From Myxococcales bacterium (GTDB lineage: Bacteria; Myxococcota_A; UBA9042; JABWCM01; BTVJ01): 64,000 bases of DNA. A program made the position numbers and the translations under genes. The stretch's first letter is position 1. Every line of letters starts with the position of its first letter. Positions 37,557-47,686 of the stretch are shown here, piece by piece. The stretch spans positions 256,001-320,000 of the forward strand of contig BTVJ01000001.1 of the NCBI GenBank assembly GCA_045863395.1, given 5' to 3'. Under the pieces are notes generated by a model. The model was not told the DNA's origin, ran no database searches, and worked only from the letters and a program-made list of their open reading frames with translations.

Positions 37557-38726
37557 ATGATGCACGCAAGGCACGGATGGGTCGGGCTGGCGATCACGCT
37601 CGCGGCGTGCGTCACCACCGAGGAGCGCCAGGTCGCCGGGGAGGGAGGCGCGGACACCTCCTACGGACACTGGGCAGACGCGGCAGGCGCTGGGGACGCC
37701 ACTGTGCGGTCGGATGGCGCTGGGGCGCCTGGCGGGACCGACGGGGGAGGCCAATTCGACGCAGGCGCGCGCAGCGATGCCGGAGGCCGGGTCGACGCGA
37801 GCATGGGCGGAGACGCGGGAGGCCGGGGCCTGGACGCGGGACCCGGTTCAGACTCCGCGACCGACGCGGGCGATGGTGGCGACAGCGGCCCACCCCCATG
37901 CACACCGAGTACTGCGGGCACCAACGAAGCGATCTTCGTCGACCACACCCTGCCCGCGGCGGTGGTGTGCGGGCAGGCGGTCGAGGCCGCCGTCACGGTC
38001 CGCAACACCGGCACGACGACGTGGTCCGCCGCGCTCGGCTACAAGCTCGGCGCCCAAGACGACGAGGACGCGCTCTACCCCTGGGGCACCCGCGTCACCC
38101 TTCCGGAAGGTGCCTGCATCCCCCCAGGGGGCGAGCACACCTTCACGATACCGCTCCAGGGACCGGCGACGGCTGGTGCGGTCTTGACCGACTGGCGCAT
38201 GGTGCTGGAGGGCGTCGAGTGGTTCGGTGGCGTGGTCGCCCAGGGCGTTGAGGTCTCGTGCGCTGCGCCCGGAGAGGACGCCTTCGACCTGTCCGCGGCG
38301 ATCATCGTCAAGGGGGCGCCCGGCGTCGCGACCTGGCCCATGACGGCCACCCTCGACGAGGTCACCATCGCCAGCGAGGAGCTGTGCACCTACCACTCCA
38401 AGGCGGGACAGTGGCCGACGGTGCCCTTCTTCGACGACCCGGAGAACCCCATCGAGGGCAACCAGTGGTACTTCGCCAACATCGGCGGGACCTGGTACGG
38501 CGGCGCCGGCGAGTGGCTGCGCCCCGGGCAGCAGTGCAAGATCGTGAACACCGACGCGCTCGGGCCCGACGAGTTCTACGGCGGCGAGGAGCCCCTCTTC
38601 TCGTGGATCCCCAAGCCCGGCGAGCTGATCGGCGTCATGGTGAGCACCCCCGCCCGCGCGTGGCCCGCCATGGCCACCCTCGACGAGCGCAGCAACGTGG
38701 TGCTGGTGCCCTGGCCGCAGCTCTGA
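37557..38726 (+). CDS. lipoprotein with NBR1-like Ig domain
   Basis: Lipobox LAAC, D/A/G-rich linker, VRNTGTTTW...WRMV..GVEWFG. Confidence 0.7.
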   Translation: MMHARHGWVGLAITLAACVTTEERQVAGEGGADTSYGHWADAAGAGDATVRSDGAGAPGGTDGGGQFDAGARSDAGGRVDASMGGDAGGRGLDAGPGSDSATDAGDGGDSGPPPCTPSTAGTNEAIFVDHTLPAAVVCGQAVEAAVTVRNTGTTTWSAALGYKLGAQDDEDALYPWGTRVTLPEGACIPPGGEHTFTIPLQGPATAGAVLTDWRMVLEGVEWFGGVVAQGVEVSCAAPGEDAFDLSAAIIVKGAPGVATWPMTATLDEVTIASEELCTYHSKAGQWPTVPFFDDPENPIEGNQWYFANIGGTWYGGAGEWLRPGQQCKIVNTDALGPDEFYGGEEPLFSWIPKPGELIGVMVSTPARAWPAMATLDERSNVVLVPWPQL

Positions 38727-38769
38727 CGGCGGTCGCGACGCGGCCGCTGCCGCGCGGCGTTGTTTTCAT

Positions 38770-38799
38770 CTTGAGCCATATTCGATAATATGGAACAAG
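38770..38799. promoter_or_regulatory. palindromic putative operator upstream of the Fic gene
   Basis: CTTGagCCATATT-CGAT-AATATGGaaCAAG. Confidence 0.5.
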
Positions 38800-38829
38800 G
38801 CTGCGTGGCTTACTGTCGGGAGCGACAAC

Positions 38830-40017
38830 ATGCGAAAGCCAGACCGAGCGGGGAGATACCTGAGGCAATCGACCGGCTACCGGGCGTTCCACCCATCGCC
38901 GCTGCCGCCAGACCCTCCGGTGTTCAGAGACGCCGAGCTGGACGACCTGCACTTCAAGGCCACCCTGGCCCTCGGCAAATTGGACGGGGCGGCCGAGACG
39001 CTGCCCAACCCTGACCTCTTCGTCTTCATGTACGTCCGCAAAGAGGCGGTGCTCTCCAGCCAGATCGAGGGTACTCAGGCGTCGCTGATTGACGTCGTCG
39101 AGTTCGAGGCAGGCCGGCGGCGCCCAGACGGGCCCAAGGACGTTGCGGAGGTCGTCAACTACGTCCGCGCGATGAACCACGGGCTCGCCCGCCTCCAGGC
39201 GCTCCCTGTGTCGCTACGCCTCATCCGAGAGATCCATCGAGAGCTGTTGCAGGACGTCCGAGGCCACGAGCGGAGCCCTGGGGAGTTCAGGACGAGCCAG
39301 AACTGGATCGGGCCGGCGGGCTGCACCCTGCAGACGGCCTCGTTCGTGCCACCGCCACCGCACGAGGTGCAGGGCCTGCTCGGTGACCTGGAGCAGTTCA
39401 TCCATGCGCCCGATCCCATGCCGGCGCTGCTCAAGGTTGGCTTGGTCCACGCGCAGTTCGAGACGATCCACCCGTTCCTCGACGGCAACGGCCGAGTCGG
39501 GCGCCTTCTCATCACCTTCCTCCTGTGCGAGCAAGGGGTGCTCTCGCGACCGCTGCTCTACCTGTCCTACTTCTTCAAGCAACACCGCGCGGACTATTAC
39601 CGGCTTCTGCAGGCCGTTCGCGACGAGGGGGACTGGGAGTCCTGGCTGAAGTTCTTCCTGCGGGGCGTGGCGCAGGTCGCCACCGAGGCGACGACGAAGG
39701 CCCGGCGGATTGCAGCCCTGCGAGAGGACCACCGCAGCCGGATCTCGTCGGAGCTGGGCCGCGCTGCGGGGAACGGGCTGGCACTCCACGAGCACCTGTT
39801 CGAGCGCCCCATCGTCGCGGTGGGAGACGTCGCGCGGCTCACCGGGGTCACGTTCGCCACAGCAAACCGCTTGGTAGACCGGCTCAGCGCGCTGGGCGTC
39901 CTGACGGAGACGACCGGGAACCAGCGCAACCGCGTGTTCGCATACACTCCCTACCTGGAGCAGTTCTCCGACGATCAGACCGGCACCCCGCTGCCCCCCG
40001 CTGACGTGAATGGGTGA
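38830..40017 (+). CDS. Fic-family protein with C-terminal wHTH
   Basis: SSQIEGT and canonical HPFLDGNGRVGR. Confidence 0.95.
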   Translation: MRKPDRAGRYLRQSTGYRAFHPSPLPPDPPVFRDAELDDLHFKATLALGKLDGAAETLPNPDLFVFMYVRKEAVLSSQIEGTQASLIDVVEFEAGRRRPDGPKDVAEVVNYVRAMNHGLARLQALPVSLRLIREIHRELLQDVRGHERSPGEFRTSQNWIGPAGCTLQTASFVPPPPHEVQGLLGDLEQFIHAPDPMPALLKVGLVHAQFETIHPFLDGNGRVGRLLITFLLCEQGVLSRPLLYLSYFFKQHRADYYRLLQAVRDEGDWESWLKFFLRGVAQVATEATTKARRIAALREDHRSRISSELGRAAGNGLALHEHLFERPIVAVGDVARLTGVTFATANRLVDRLSALGVLTETTGNQRNRVFAYTPYLEQFSDDQTGTPLPPADVNG

Positions 40018-40163
40018 CGCCGTTTCGGAAGGAGGTCCTCGGGAACGTGCAAGACGACCAACTCGGCTCCAGGCACGTTGGAACGAGCCAGCTTGGACGC
40101 GGCGCTGAGCCCGCGCGATGGACCGGGCGTGACGCGAGGCGCCCCGAGGGCTAGACTGGTGTC

Positions 40164-40973
40164 ATGCGGTTCGACGAGCTGGAGCGACTCCTTCGGCGGC
40201 ACGCGGTCCTGGGCACGCTGGAGACCTACGGCGAGCAGGACGACGGCCTCGGGCGCTACCCTCTGCTGCGCCTGACGACGCCCGGTCGCGTCGTGTGCCT
40301 GATCACCGCGGGCTTCCACGGGGACGAGCAGGCGGGCCCCATCACGCTGGCTCACCACCTGGCCGAGGTCGTCGACTACGCCGCGGCGCGCGACGTGGGA
40401 CTGCGCGTCTACCCCTGCATCAACCCGTCGGGCTTCGACGCCTTCACCCGCTACAGCCGCCGCGGGGAGCGGCCCAACAACGACTGCATGCGCTACGAGC
40501 TGCCCGGCGGGGCTCTCGCCGGAGAGGTCCGGGGGGCGGCGCCCTTCGTCGCCATCCACCCGCACCGGGGCGGCCCGCAGGAGACCCGAGCGCTGGTGAC
40601 GGACCTGCTCGGGGTAGTGCCGGCGGCGGCGCTCGACCTGCACCAGGACCCCTACATCTCCGGCCCCGTGACCTACGCCTACACCTTCGGGCCGAGCGGC
40701 CCCTTCCTGCCGCTCTTGGCCGCGTCCGAGGCCCACGTCCCCGCGGCGCGCAGCCGGGAGGTGGACGTTGGCGTCCACACCGACCCGGACGGCCTCATCG
40801 CGCTGCACGACGGCAGCGTCACGGACTGGATGTGGCGGCAGGGCGTGCCGTTCACCGCCGCCCTGGAGACGACGACCGACACTCCTGCCGGCCCCCGCGA
40901 TGCGGTGAACTTGATCTGGATCCGGGGGTTCATCGAGCTGGCGGCTGGGGCGGGGCGGCAGCCTCGGCGGTGA
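40164..40973 (+). CDS. M14-like metallocarboxypeptidase / desuccinylase family protein
   Basis: AGFHGDE, PCINPSG, LDLHQD and ALET. Confidence 0.8.
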   Translation: MRFDELERLLRRHAVLGTLETYGEQDDGLGRYPLLRLTTPGRVVCLITAGFHGDEQAGPITLAHHLAEVVDYAAARDVGLRVYPCINPSGFDAFTRYSRRGERPNNDCMRYELPGGALAGEVRGAAPFVAIHPHRGGPQETRALVTDLLGVVPAAALDLHQDPYISGPVTYAYTFGPSGPFLPLLAASEAHVPAARSREVDVGVHTDPDGLIALHDGSVTDWMWRQGVPFTAALETTTDTPAGPRDAVNLIWIRGFIELAAGAGRQPRR

Positions 40974-41105
40974 CCCGCGTGGCGCTGGGCGTCAGGCAAG
41001 CCCAAGAGGGGACCGCTGCTCGCTCGTCCGAGGGGGCGTCGCGCCACGCGGGGACCCCGCGCCACGCTTGACCCGGCAGCGGTACAGAGGAGAGGATCTC
41101 CGCCC

Positions 41106-42341
41106 ATGGGCGACCGGGCCATCCTGCACGTCGACATGGACGCGTTCTACGCCTCGGTGGAGCAACGGGACGCGCCCGCGTTGCGGGGGAGGCCGGTGAT
41201 CGTGGGGGGGCACCCGACGCGCGGGGTGGTGCTGGCGGCCTCCTACGAGGTGCGGCCCTTCGGGGTGCGGAGCGCCATGCCCATGGCGCGCGCCGTGGTG
41301 ATGGCGCCGCACGCGGTCGTCGTGCCTCCCCGGCCGGGCGCCTACGCCGCCGCCAGCGAGCAGGTCTTCGCCATCTTCCACCGCTACACGCCGCTGGTGG
41401 AGCCCCTGTCTCTGGACGAGGCGTTCCTCGACGTCACGGCGTCCGTCACCTTGTTCGGGACGCCGACCGACATCGCCACCCGCATCCGCCGCGAGATCCG
41501 GGAGCAGACGGCGCTCGCCGCGTCGGCGGGCATCGCGGAGGTCAAGCTGGTCGCCAAGATCGCCTCGGACCTGGCCAAGCCCGACGGGCAGCTCGTGGTG
41601 CCGCCGGGGGAGGCGGCGGCCTTCCTCGCTCCACTGCCAATCAGTCGCGTGTGGGGGGTGGGGCCGCGCGCCGAGGAGCGGCTCCTCGCGCTGGGGCTGC
41701 GCACCATCGGGGACCTGGCCCGGGCGGACCCGCGGTGGCTCGCGGGCAGGGTGGGCAAGCACGGGGCGGAGCTGAACGCCCTGGCCCGCGGCATCGACCC
41801 GCGGCCGGTCGTGCCGGACCGGGAGGCGAAGAGCCTCGGGGCCGAGGACACCTTCGCGGAGGACCTGCGGGGCGACGAGGCGCTGCGACCCCACGTCCAC
41901 GCCCAGGCGCTGCGGGTGGCGCGGCGCCTGCGGCTGGCGGGGGTGAGGGCCCGGGTCGTGCAGCTCAAGGTGAAGCTCGCCGACTTCACCACGGTGACGC
42001 GGCGCGCCACGCTGCCCGAGGCCACCGACGACGGGCAGGAGCTGTTCCGGGTGGCAGTGTCGATGCTGCCCGAGGCCCATGGGGGCAAGTCCGTGCGGCT
42101 GACCGGGGTATCGGCGCAGGACCTGTGCGGGGAGCCGGCCCAGCTCCCCCTGCTGGACGCCGGGCCGTCGCGCCGGACCCGGCTCAACGCGGCGCTCGAC
42201 CAGATCGCGGACCGCTTCGGCTCGGGGGCAGTGCGGACCGCCGACCTGGGCGGAGAGACGGAGCATGGAGACGACGAGGCGCGGCGGCGCATGGGCGCGA
42301 GCCGCAATGACGTCGAAGGGGGCCCCGTCCGTCGCGCGTGA
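41106..42341 (+). CDS. dinB: DNA polymerase IV
   Basis: LHVDMDAFYASVE, SLDEAFLD, KIASDLAKPDG and VWGVG. Confidence 0.96.
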   Translation: MGDRAILHVDMDAFYASVEQRDAPALRGRPVIVGGHPTRGVVLAASYEVRPFGVRSAMPMARAVVMAPHAVVVPPRPGAYAAASEQVFAIFHRYTPLVEPLSLDEAFLDVTASVTLFGTPTDIATRIRREIREQTALAASAGIAEVKLVAKIASDLAKPDGQLVVPPGEAAAFLAPLPISRVWGVGPRAEERLLALGLRTIGDLARADPRWLAGRVGKHGAELNALARGIDPRPVVPDREAKSLGAEDTFAEDLRGDEALRPHVHAQALRVARRLRLAGVRARVVQLKVKLADFTTVTRRATLPEATDDGQELFRVAVSMLPEAHGGKSVRLTGVSAQDLCGEPAQLPLLDAGPSRRTRLNAALDQIADRFGSGAVRTADLGGETEHGDDEARRRMGASRNDVEGGPVRRA

Positions 42342-42395
42342 CCAGACTCTCGATCAGCGGCGCTGGAGGTCGGCTCCCTCGATGCACGGGGGCCG

Positions 42396-42869
42396 TCAGT
42401 CGTTCTTGACCAGGCTCTCGAACATCGACGGCTTCGAGGTGAGCGCGTCCTCCACCCAGGACCGGAGCCGCGCCGCGCTCAGGGCGCCCACCTGGGTGTC
42501 GACCACCTGCGCGTCCTTGAAGAGCATCAGCGTGGGGATGCTCCTGATGTTGAAGCGACCCGAGGTGCGGCTGTTCTTCTCGGTGTCGACCTTCACCACC
42601 TTGAGGCGGCCGGCCATGCTCGCGACCAGCTCCTCCACGAGCGGCGCGATGGTCTTGCACGGGCCGCACCACGGCGCCCAGAAGTCCACCAGGACCGGGA
42701 CGCGGCTCAGGAGCACCGCCTGATCGAAGGTGGCGTCCGTGACCTCCACGGGCTTGCCCTCCACGACCGCCTCGACCTTGGCGACCTGCACCTCGGCCCG
42801 CTTCTCCGCGAGCTCCAGCCGCCGCTCCCGCTGCTTCCGCTTCTTGTTGCTGTCCGCGCTCGCGCCCAT
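42396..42869 (-). CDS. thioredoxin with basic N-terminal extension
   Basis: VDFWAPWCGPCK and IRSIPTL. Confidence 0.92.
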   Translation of the reverse strand: MGASADSNKKRKQRERRLELAEKRAEVQVAKVEAVVEGKPVEVTDATFDQAVLLSRVPVLVDFWAPWCGPCKTIAPLVEELVASMAGRLKVVKVDTEKNSRTSGRFNIRSIPTLMLFKDAQVVDTQVGALSAARLRSWVEDALTSKPSMFESLVKND

Positions 42870-42950
42870 GTCCTCAGTCCTCCGTTCGGGGTCCGCCAGT
42901 CCGGCCCTCCGAGAGCCACCCGCCACCGTAAAGGGCGCACCCCGCGGGCG

Positions 42951-45900
42951 TCAATCGGGAGGCGGTGCACCCAGGCTCGCGAACAGGGTGTCGGCCGCGC
43001 GCCGGAGTCGCCCACCCTCTGCGCCACCGAGGTGGCTCGCCAGGTGGTGCGCTGCCAGTGCCTCTTCGTAGGGCATTCGCAGGCGCCGCGCCTCTGCGAG
43101 CCCCCGCCGGAGCGCCCGTGCAGCGCGGTGGGGGTGCCCGGATCGCGTCGCCAGGAGCCCGTCGCAGACGAGGGAGCGCGGGCGCGCGATGGGGAACACC
43201 CCCGCGTAGCGCCGCAGCGCGCCGCAGGCAGCCCGAGCGTCGCCCTCGACGCTGACGTCCCCCCCGCCCCAGATCGCGAGCAGGACCTGGGCCGCGGCCG
43301 CGTAGCCCTCGAAGCAGTAGACGGCAACCGGGTCTGTCTTTCGGCTCGCCTCGTTGGCGGCCAGCGCAGAGGCGCGGGCAGCCGCCACGTCTCCGCGGCG
43401 CAGCCACCCCGCCGCGGTCAGCCCGTGGCCCCAGATCAGCTCCGAGCGTCCGACATTCTTCTGAAGAAACGGCGCGAGGGCGTCGAGGAGCGGCGCGGCC
43501 CTGTCCATGTCCCCGAGCGGCAGCAGGCTCTCCACCTGGTCGAGCAGCCCCCACACCTCGGCCTGCACGTCCCCCTGGCGGCGGGCGGACGTGTAGAGCA
43601 CCTCGGCGCCCATCTGGACCCTGCGACTGTACTGCCCCTCGAAGTGCAGCAGCGTCGAGAGACCGCAGACCGCCTCGATCCAGCGCCGCTTGTCGCCGAT
43701 CTGCGCGGCCAGCTCCACCGCTTGCTCGAGGGCCGCCCGCCCCTCCTCCCAGCGACCGGTCGCCACCCGGCTGAAGCCCGTGAAGAACTGCACCGGCTGC
43801 AGCGCGCTCTGCGCGGCCGGCATCGCCACCAGCTCCGCGGCTCGGGCCAGATACAGGTCGCAGAGCCCATGCAGCGGGATCATCGACACGATCCACCCCG
43901 TGAGGGCGCAGGCGCGGGCCAGCTCCGGCGACGGGCCGGCTGCCTCGGCGGCGTTGAGGGCGCGCAGCGCTGCGTTGAGCGTCTCGGGGGGGCCGGCGAG
44001 GAAGAAGTACGTCTCGATGAGGCGCAGGTATGCGGAGGACACTTCCAGCAGAGTCTCGCGCGAGGTCGCCGAGCGCGCCCGCCGTCCGAGGAGCCGCGCC
44101 GCCTGCTGGCCCGCGCCCCGGGCGAGAGAGGCACCGAGAGAGGGGAGGCCCTCGGGCACGGGGAATCCAAACAAATCGAGCGAACGCTCAAGGGCAGAAC
44201 GGCTCTCAGGCAGATTGCCCAGCCCGAGCTGAGCCTCGCCGAGGAGCCTCTCCCAGCGGCCCCGCCGATGAGGCTCGTCCGCACCCGTCGCCGCGTGGAC
44301 CGTCAGGGCCTCGCTGAAGTCGTCGACGGCCTCCTTGTACGCGCCCGTGCGAAGGGCCTCGTCTCCGGCGAGCTCAAGGTAGTGCAGGGTGCGGTCCGGG
44401 TCCTCGGCGCGAGCCCAGTGCCAAGCGAGCCGGGCGTAGACCGCCGGGAGATCCGCCGGGCTCGACGCCTCCAGGGCCACGGCGACGTCCCGGTGGAGCT
44501 GCCGGCGCTGCGAGTAGAGCAGGAGGCCGTAGGCGACCTCCCGAGTGATCTCGTGCTTGTAGAGCCAGGCGGGCTCCGGGTCCGTCGCTCGCTGGGTCAG
44601 GGCGACCCGCTCCAGCTCCGCGAGGGAGTGGGGGAGCTGCGGGCAGTCCTGGCGCACGGGATAGACCCGATCGAGCACGGCGCCGCCGAAGCGCCGCCCG
44701 ATGACGCTGGCGACCTTCACCAGGAGCTGCGCGCGTGGCTCCAGGCGGTCGATGCGTGCGAGGACGGTGCCCTGCACGGTGTCGGGCACCGCCAACGCGT
44801 GCTCCCCGACGGCCCAGCCCAGGTGGGCGACCCCGTGGCGGACCTCGATGGCGCCCGCCTCCCGGAGCGCCAGGGCCAGCTCGTCCGTGAAGAACGGGTT
44901 CCCCTCGGCGCGGCCGTGGATCAGGGCCGCCAGATCCTCGCCCACGGGCTGCCCCAGACGCTCGGCGAGCAGCTCGCGGGTGCCGGCCAGGTCAAGCGGT
45001 GACAGGGCGACCAGGCCCCCTTCACGGAGGCGTTGATACTCGGGGGGAGGCGCAGCCAGCGGGCGTGACGCGACGAGGAGCAGCGGGGGAGTGACCCCCT
45101 CGGCGACCTGGCGCAGGAGCCCCCAGGAGGCGGAGTCGAACCAGTGCGCGTCCTCGAGGACGATGGCGAGCGGGGCATTGGCGCTCTGGCGGAGCAACGC
45201 CACCAGGAGGTCCTGGGTGTTGTGGGCGCGGACCTCGCCGGACATGCCGGCGGTCAGCGGGGTGTCGGGCAGGTCGACGCCGACGACGTCCCGCAGCAGG
45301 GGCGCGAGGCGGAGCTGGGAGGCCGGGACGGCGGACAGGACCCGGGCCCGGCGCCCGTCCCGGTCGTCCGGGGGCAGCGCGTCCAGGCCGAGGGCGGCGG
45401 AGAGGACCGATCGCCAGGCGTAGTAGGGGGTGCCCTGCTCCATGGAGTCCGCGGCGCCCAGCAGGCACAGGACCCCGAGGGCGCGGGCCTGCTCGGCGAA
45501 GTCCTCGACGAGCCGTGACTTGCCGAGCCCCGTCTCGCCCTCGAGGAGCAGCGCGCGGCCTTCCCCGGCGGTGAGAGCGCCGAGCGCGGCGGCCAGCATG
45601 GCGCGCTCCTGGGCGCGGCCGACGGGGGCGGGTCCGCGGCTGCGCCTCGCACCGGCCCGGGGCGCGAAGACCGGGACGGGGCGGGCTTTGCCCTTGACCA
45701 CGACGGGCGGCAGCTCGTCGAAGGCGATGCTCGCCGCGTCGCAGGTGGCAGCGTCGCAGAGCACGCGCCCCGCGGCGTGATGCATCAGGCGCGCGGCGAG
45801 GTTGACCACGTCGCCTATGACCGTGTACTCGCGCCGCGTCGCGCTGCCGATGACCCCGCAGAACACCCGGCCGGTGGCGACGCCCACCGACGGGCGCAGG

Positions 45901-46910
45901 CCCCGCGCGCCGAGCGCCGAGTGCAGCTCCATGGCGAGCCGGACGCCCCGAGACGGATCGTCCTCGTGGGCCAGGGGCGGGAGCCCGGTGGCGGCGAGCA
46001 GCACGACCCCTTTGTCGTCCACCGCGATCTTGTCGATGGACCCCTCGCAGCGCTCCACGGCCTCGGTGGCCGCCGCGAGGGCCACCTGAGCCCGGTCGAG
46101 CAGGTCCGGCGCCGCCGGGTCGAGGCCCCCGAGGCCAACGAAGACCACGGTGACGCGCCGGAGCTCCGAGAGCCACTCCGTCTGGCCCGCGGCGACCCGC
46201 CCGCGGACGGCCTCCGGCAGGAACGGCGCAAGGCCGGCGGACGCTGCCGGGGGCGACGGGACGCGGCGGGCCGCCACGGGGACGCGCACCGCAGTGACGC
46301 GCACCATGCCGTCACGCCGGGGCAGGCCGTCGCAGCTCGCGGCGATGGCGGCCCAGGCCTCCCGCGAGAGCACGACCTCGCCGGCGCGGGCGGCGCGCTC
46401 GGCAGCGGCCACCTGCACGAGCGGGGCTCCGGCCACGAAACAGTGCCACCGGTCCCCTGCACCGGCGTAGCACACCCGCGCGTCCCCGGCGCCGACCCCG
46501 ATGCGGAGCTCGAGCCGGATGGTGGCGCCCGTGGCCTGGTCGAGGGTGCCCTGCAGGGCAAGGCCGCAGGCGGCGGCGCGCAGGGTGGAGGCGGCGACCT
46601 CGTCCCCGTGCCAGAGGGCGAGCAGCGCGTCACCCGCAAACGTGACGACCTCGCCCCCGTGGTCGCCGATCAGCGCAATCAGGTGCCCGAAGGTGCGCTC
46701 CAGCAGGGCGCCCAGCTCCTCGGCGCCGCGGGGTCCGAGGGCCGCGAGGCGCTCGGCGAGCGGCGTGAAGCCCATGATGTCGGCGAAGAGGACGGCGCCC
46801 GGCGCGAGCTCGGCGTCGGGGCGGGAGGGGGCATGCGCCCCGAAGCGCCGGGCCGCGAGGGCCGGCACGAAGCTGGGTGCAGCTTCGGACGTCTGGGAGG
46901 GCTCGCTCAT
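42951..46910 (-). CDS. soluble-adenylyl-cyclase-like protein (two class III cyclase domains, P-loop NTPase, TPR-like region)
   Basis: FADIMGFT, FAGDAL, DDKG, GDVVNLAARLM, GETGLGKS, LEDAHW and GNPFF; start at MSEPSQ. Confidence 0.9.
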   Translation of the reverse strand: MSEPSQTSEAAPSFVPALAARRFGAHAPSRPDAELAPGAVLFADIMGFTPLAERLAALGPRGAEELGALLERTFGHLIALIGDHGGEVVTFAGDALLALWHGDEVAASTLRAAACGLALQGTLDQATGATIRLELRIGVGAGDARVCYAGAGDRWHCFVAGAPLVQVAAAERAARAGEVVLSREAWAAIAASCDGLPRRDGMVRVTAVRVPVAARRVPSPPAASAGLAPFLPEAVRGRVAAGQTEWLSELRRVTVVFVGLGGLDPAAPDLLDRAQVALAAATEAVERCEGSIDKIAVDDKGVVLLAATGLPPLAHEDDPSRGVRLAMELHSALGARGLRPSVGVATGRVFCGVIGSATRREYTVIGDVVNLAARLMHHAAGRVLCDAATCDAASIAFDELPPVVVKGKARPVPVFAPRAGARRSRGPAPVGRAQERAMLAAALGALTAGEGRALLLEGETGLGKSRLVEDFAEQARALGVLCLLGAADSMEQGTPYYAWRSVLSAALGLDALPPDDRDGRRARVLSAVPASQLRLAPLLRDVVGVDLPDTPLTAGMSGEVRAHNTQDLLVALLRQSANAPLAIVLEDAHWFDSASWGLLRQVAEGVTPPLLLVASRPLAAPPPEYQRLREGGLVALSPLDLAGTRELLAERLGQPVGEDLAALIHGRAEGNPFFTDELALALREAGAIEVRHGVAHLGWAVGEHALAVPDTVQGTVLARIDRLEPRAQLLVKVASVIGRRFGGAVLDRVYPVRQDCPQLPHSLAELERVALTQRATDPEPAWLYKHEITREVAYGLLLYSQRRQLHRDVAVALEASSPADLPAVYARLAWHWARAEDPDRTLHYLELAGDEALRTGAYKEAVDDFSEALTVHAATGADEPHRRGRWERLLGEAQLGLGNLPESRSALERSLDLFGFPVPEGLPSLGASLARGAGQQAARLLGRRARSATSRETLLEVSSAYLRLIETYFFLAGPPETLNAALRALNAAEAAGPSPELARACALTGWIVSMIPLHGLCDLYLARAAELVAMPAAQSALQPVQFFTGFSRVATGRWEEGRAALEQAVELAAQIGDKRRWIEAVCGLSTLLHFEGQYSRRVQMGAEVLYTSARRQGDVQAEVWGLLDQVESLLPLGDMDRAAPLLDALAPFLQKNVGRSELIWGHGLTAAGWLRRGDVAAARASALAANEASRKTDPVAVYCFEGYAAAAQVLLAIWGGGDVSVEGDARAACGALRRYAGVFPIARPRSLVCDGLLATRSGHPHRAARALRRGLAEARRLRMPYEEALAAHHLASHLGGAEGGRLRRAADTLFASLGAPPPD

Positions 46911-46939
46911 CGGCACAACCTGCACCCAGGTCCGGGTGC

Positions 46940-47686
46940 TCAGAACTGGAAGTAGATGAAGGGGGTGGGCGGGGTGCAGATGCCGCCCTCCACCCGGCAG
47001 GGCTCGCCCTGCTTGCAGCGCTCGAGGGCGGCGCAGTCCTCTGGGGTCGCGACGCACACTCCCCCGCCGAGGGTGCAGGCGCCGTCCTGCGCGCAGTCGG
47101 TGGACGCGGCGCAGTCGGCCGCGCTCGTGGCGATGCACACGCCGCCCCAGGCCGCGCACTGGCCAGAGAGGCGGCAGACCTCGGAGGCGCGGCAGCCGGC
47201 GTCCTGCTCTGCGACGCAGCGCCCGCCGCGCGCCGTACACTGTCCGTTGGTGGCGCACGGCGAGTAGCTCGCGGTCCCGCCGTGGCTCCGGCAGTCGGTG
47301 TCCGTCTCCGCCGGGCGCACGCAGCTCCCCCGCAGGGGCGCGCACTCCCCGAACAGCTCGCAGCGGACCGACGCCGCGCAGTCCGCCTCGGTCACGGCGG
47401 CGCACATCCCGGCGACCACCTGGCAGCGCCCCTCCTGCTTGCACCAGTCGTAGTCGCCACCGCAGGGCGGCGCCGGGCGGCACTGCCCGTCGAAGGCCCG
47501 GCAGGCGCGACGGTCGGCGCAGTCCCTGGACGCGGCGCAGGACGAGTCCAGGGCGGCCACGCAGCGAGGTCCGTCCGTCGTACACATGCCGAAGGTCGCG
47601 CAGAGCCAGTGATCGCGGCAGGGGTCCGGGGCCGGGATGGTGCGGCAGGAGGCGAGGGTCAGCAGCAGGGCCAGAGCGAGGCGCAT
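46940..47686 (-). CDS. Cys-rich repeat lipoprotein
   Basis: Lipobox LASC; repeated C.....C...G.C....G.C units. Confidence 0.8.
   Translation of the reverse strand: MRLALALLLTLASCRTIPAPDPCRDHWLCATFGMCTTDGPRCVAALDSSCAASRDCADRRACRAFDGQCRPAPPCGGDYDWCKQEGRCQVVAGMCAAVTEADCAASVRCELFGECAPLRGSCVRPAETDTDCRSHGGTASYSPCATNGQCTARGGRCVAEQDAGCRASEVCRLSGQCAAWGGVCIATSAADCAASTDCAQDGACTLGGGVCVATPEDCAALERCKQGEPCRVEGGICTPPTPFIYFQF

Noticed and set aside
40071..40086. CACGTTGGAACG as a parS site
   Set aside because: Does not fit the 16-bp GTTCCACGTGGAAC-type palindrome; I found no convincing parS in the window
40974..41105. LexA box upstream of dinB
   Set aside because: No recognisable SOS-box dyad
42396..42869. 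Thioredoxin as TrxC
   Set aside because: The N-terminal extension lacks the CxxC zinc finger, so no gene symbol was given
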